Shown: in pieces, positions 62,216 through 64,000 of the stretch
Layout: every line of letters starts with the position of its first letter
Numbering within the stretch: the first letter of the stretch is position 1
NCBI RefSeq assembly: GCF_001194135.2
Contig: NC_068982.1
Span: 32,941,423 to 33,005,422, forward strand
Direction of reading: 5' to 3'
Source of the DNA: Octopus bimaculoides
Taxonomy: Eukaryota
DNA: 64,000 nucleotides
Translations under genes and position numbers: made by a program
Notes under the pieces: generated by a model
Told to the model about the DNA's origin: nothing
The model's database searches: none
The model's input: the letters and a program-made list of their open reading frames with translations, nothing else

Positions 62216-62436
62216 TACGAGTGGGTGTTGAAAAGTTCCTGACTTTGAGTAAAAGAAAATACAGGAGGATCAGTTAGTTATGATTTTATTCAACATATTC
62301 CCCTCTCAGGTTCACACGCTTATTGCAGCAGTCCTTCAGTTTTTCTAAGCCTTGTAAAAGAACTCGGAAGGTTGGGCCTCCAGCCAGGCCTTTCGCGACA
62401 CCCTTAAAGCCAGAAACTTTTCAGCTTCCCCTCGTA
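62216..62436 (-). mobile_element. Mariner-derived MITE (second mariner family)
   Basis: TIRs TACGAGTGGGTGTTGAAAAGTTCCTGACTTT / AAAGCCAGAAACTTTTCAGCTTCCCCTCGTA; the minus strand encodes GLEKLKDCCNKRVNLRGEYVE*, a mariner-type C-terminus. Confidence 0.88.
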
Positions 62437-62449
62437 GTCTATAAAATCG

Positions 62450-62760
62450 ATCCGAGTAGTTGATTAATACTTCATTTTAACAACACCAGAAGGATGAGTG
62501 AGAAAGTTGAACTAGGCGAGATTTGAATTCAGAACTTGAGGTGATATAAAGAAATATTATTAATCTTTCCATAATTCACCTGCTTCAACCATTTGCAGCC
62601 GCTACTAAAAGAAATATTGTAACTATTTCCAACATAGGCACAAGTTTACAAGTTTGGCTTTCATTTAGTCGATAAAATAGACCTAAACAGGTACCATATT
62701 TTATAAACCACAGAGAGGATGAAATGCAACATTGATACCGATGAGATTTGAACTCAAAAT
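62450..62760 (-). mobile_element. Two degenerate SINE family 1 fragments
   Basis: GAAGGATGA..GAGATTTGAA(T/C)TCA occurs twice; TAGGCACAAG tail. Confidence 0.55.
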
Positions 62761-62789
62761 ACAAATAGTCATAACTAAGGTTCCATGTG

Positions 62790-62983
62790 AAAACGAGTGA
62801 CTCGGTGGTTTTGATTCCCGGACCAGGCGGTGCCTTGTGTTCTTGAGTAAAACACATCATCTCGAGTTGTTTTGTAATCATTTCGACATCTGACGTATGG
62901 CACATCGTGCACCTGTACAGGTAACGTTAATTTGATGGGGAAAATGAGCTAATATATAGTACAAACATTTCATCACTATAAAC
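62790..62983 (+). mobile_element. Probable fourth SINE family (partial tRNA head)
   Basis: TTGATTCCCGG..TTGTGTTCTTGAGTAAAACAC resembles the family-3 head region but the body differs. Confidence 0.5.
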
Positions 62984-63326
62984 AACTCATCCTTGTAGGT
63001 TTGTCTTTCTCCGTCCCGAGAGACTCCCAAGAAAGAAATAGTGTTACAGCCAACCCACTTCCCACGGGTGGTCAATTTTGAATGCTCGCATCAGGAGGTA
63101 CAGCATTTGTGTACCATCGTATGTTATACATTTGTAAGTCACTAGAAAACCAGGTAACATGCATCTGTTATCGGATCGATATTTCCTGCTTAATCCAGAA
63201 TCCTGTTTGGTTCGATAAAACACAAATCAAATCAGTAGAATCGTTGTTTTCGAGGGGCCCTCACTCACACTTACAATAAAAACATTTTTTTTTTTTGTAA
63301 TCATACTACGGAATAGTAAATATTCA

Positions 63327-63523
63327 TTTCAAATTTTGGCACAAGGCTGGGGATGAGGCTTAGTTGATTACATCGACCCCATATTTCAACTGATACTTAT
63401 TTTATCGACCCCGAAAGGACGAAAAGCAAAGTCGACCCCGGATGAATTTCAACTCAGAACTCAAGGACGAAATGCCGCTGAGCATTATGCCCGGCATGCT
63501 AACGATTCTGCCATCTCACTGCT
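63327..63523 (-). mobile_element. SINE family 1, full length
   Basis: Reverse-oriented head, core and tail. Confidence 0.92.
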
Positions 63524-64000
63524 TTATGGAAGATTAAATATTACTGAAAATGAAATGTTATAGAAAGCGAAAACTTTAATCTTCTGGCAACTGCATTTGA
63601 AACTTACTCTCTTACTTCATTAGTGGTTTTCAACCGACTGGTTGTGGCCATGCTGGAATAGACACTGCCATCATAACCACATTGTTTTCGAAACATTGTT
63701 TTCGAAAACAACATTTTTATCACCCGAGGCTATGTAGACGCATACACTTTTCTCACGTCTCACCTTTTCCCAACCCACTTATTATAGCTCACCTCAAAGA
63801 TTCTACACAGAGCTATAAATCCCCTGATATCAATCCCCACTGCCCGCCTCCTCCTTCTGCCTACGTTATTTACGTTATTTCCTGCCGAGATCGACCTCCA
63901 GATGTTTAATCCTGAACATCAACCGCATCACTTTAATCTCGCCCAGTCTGGGAGGGCCTACTAAAGGTTATCAGTGTTACCTCATTCTCTCTGCTCACAA

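Overview
AT-rich, repeat-dense animal (non-prokaryotic) DNA that reads as intronic or intergenic sequence. The SINE families, the dense (TA)n/(TG)n/(TATG)n/(TAGA)n microsatellites and the gap pattern are typical of an Octopus (coleoid cephalopod) draft assembly; this is an inference from recalled repeat sequences, not a database result. I found no host protein-coding gene I can support. All recognisable coding sequence is decayed transposon: two mariner DD34D copies in opposite orientation, a Tigger/pogo transposase, an R4/Dong-type RLE LINE, an RTE LINE and one or two ancient CR1/L2-like LINEs. Around these lie about 35 tRNA-derived SINE copies or fragments from at least three families, several MITEs and 14 N-gaps, most bordered by microsatellites. 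Most long ORFs in the supplied track are artefacts of N-runs or microsatellites. The most notable structures are: a 197-bp near-perfect inverted repeat of non-SINE sequence (22126-22763); inverted SINE clusters that could form dsRNA; a SINE family with a built-in microsatellite; an R4-type LINE ending at a (TACA)n tract; and two mariner copies sharing the same inactivating lesion. Coordinates of decayed elements are approximate. I cannot claim a new biological system from sequence alone.
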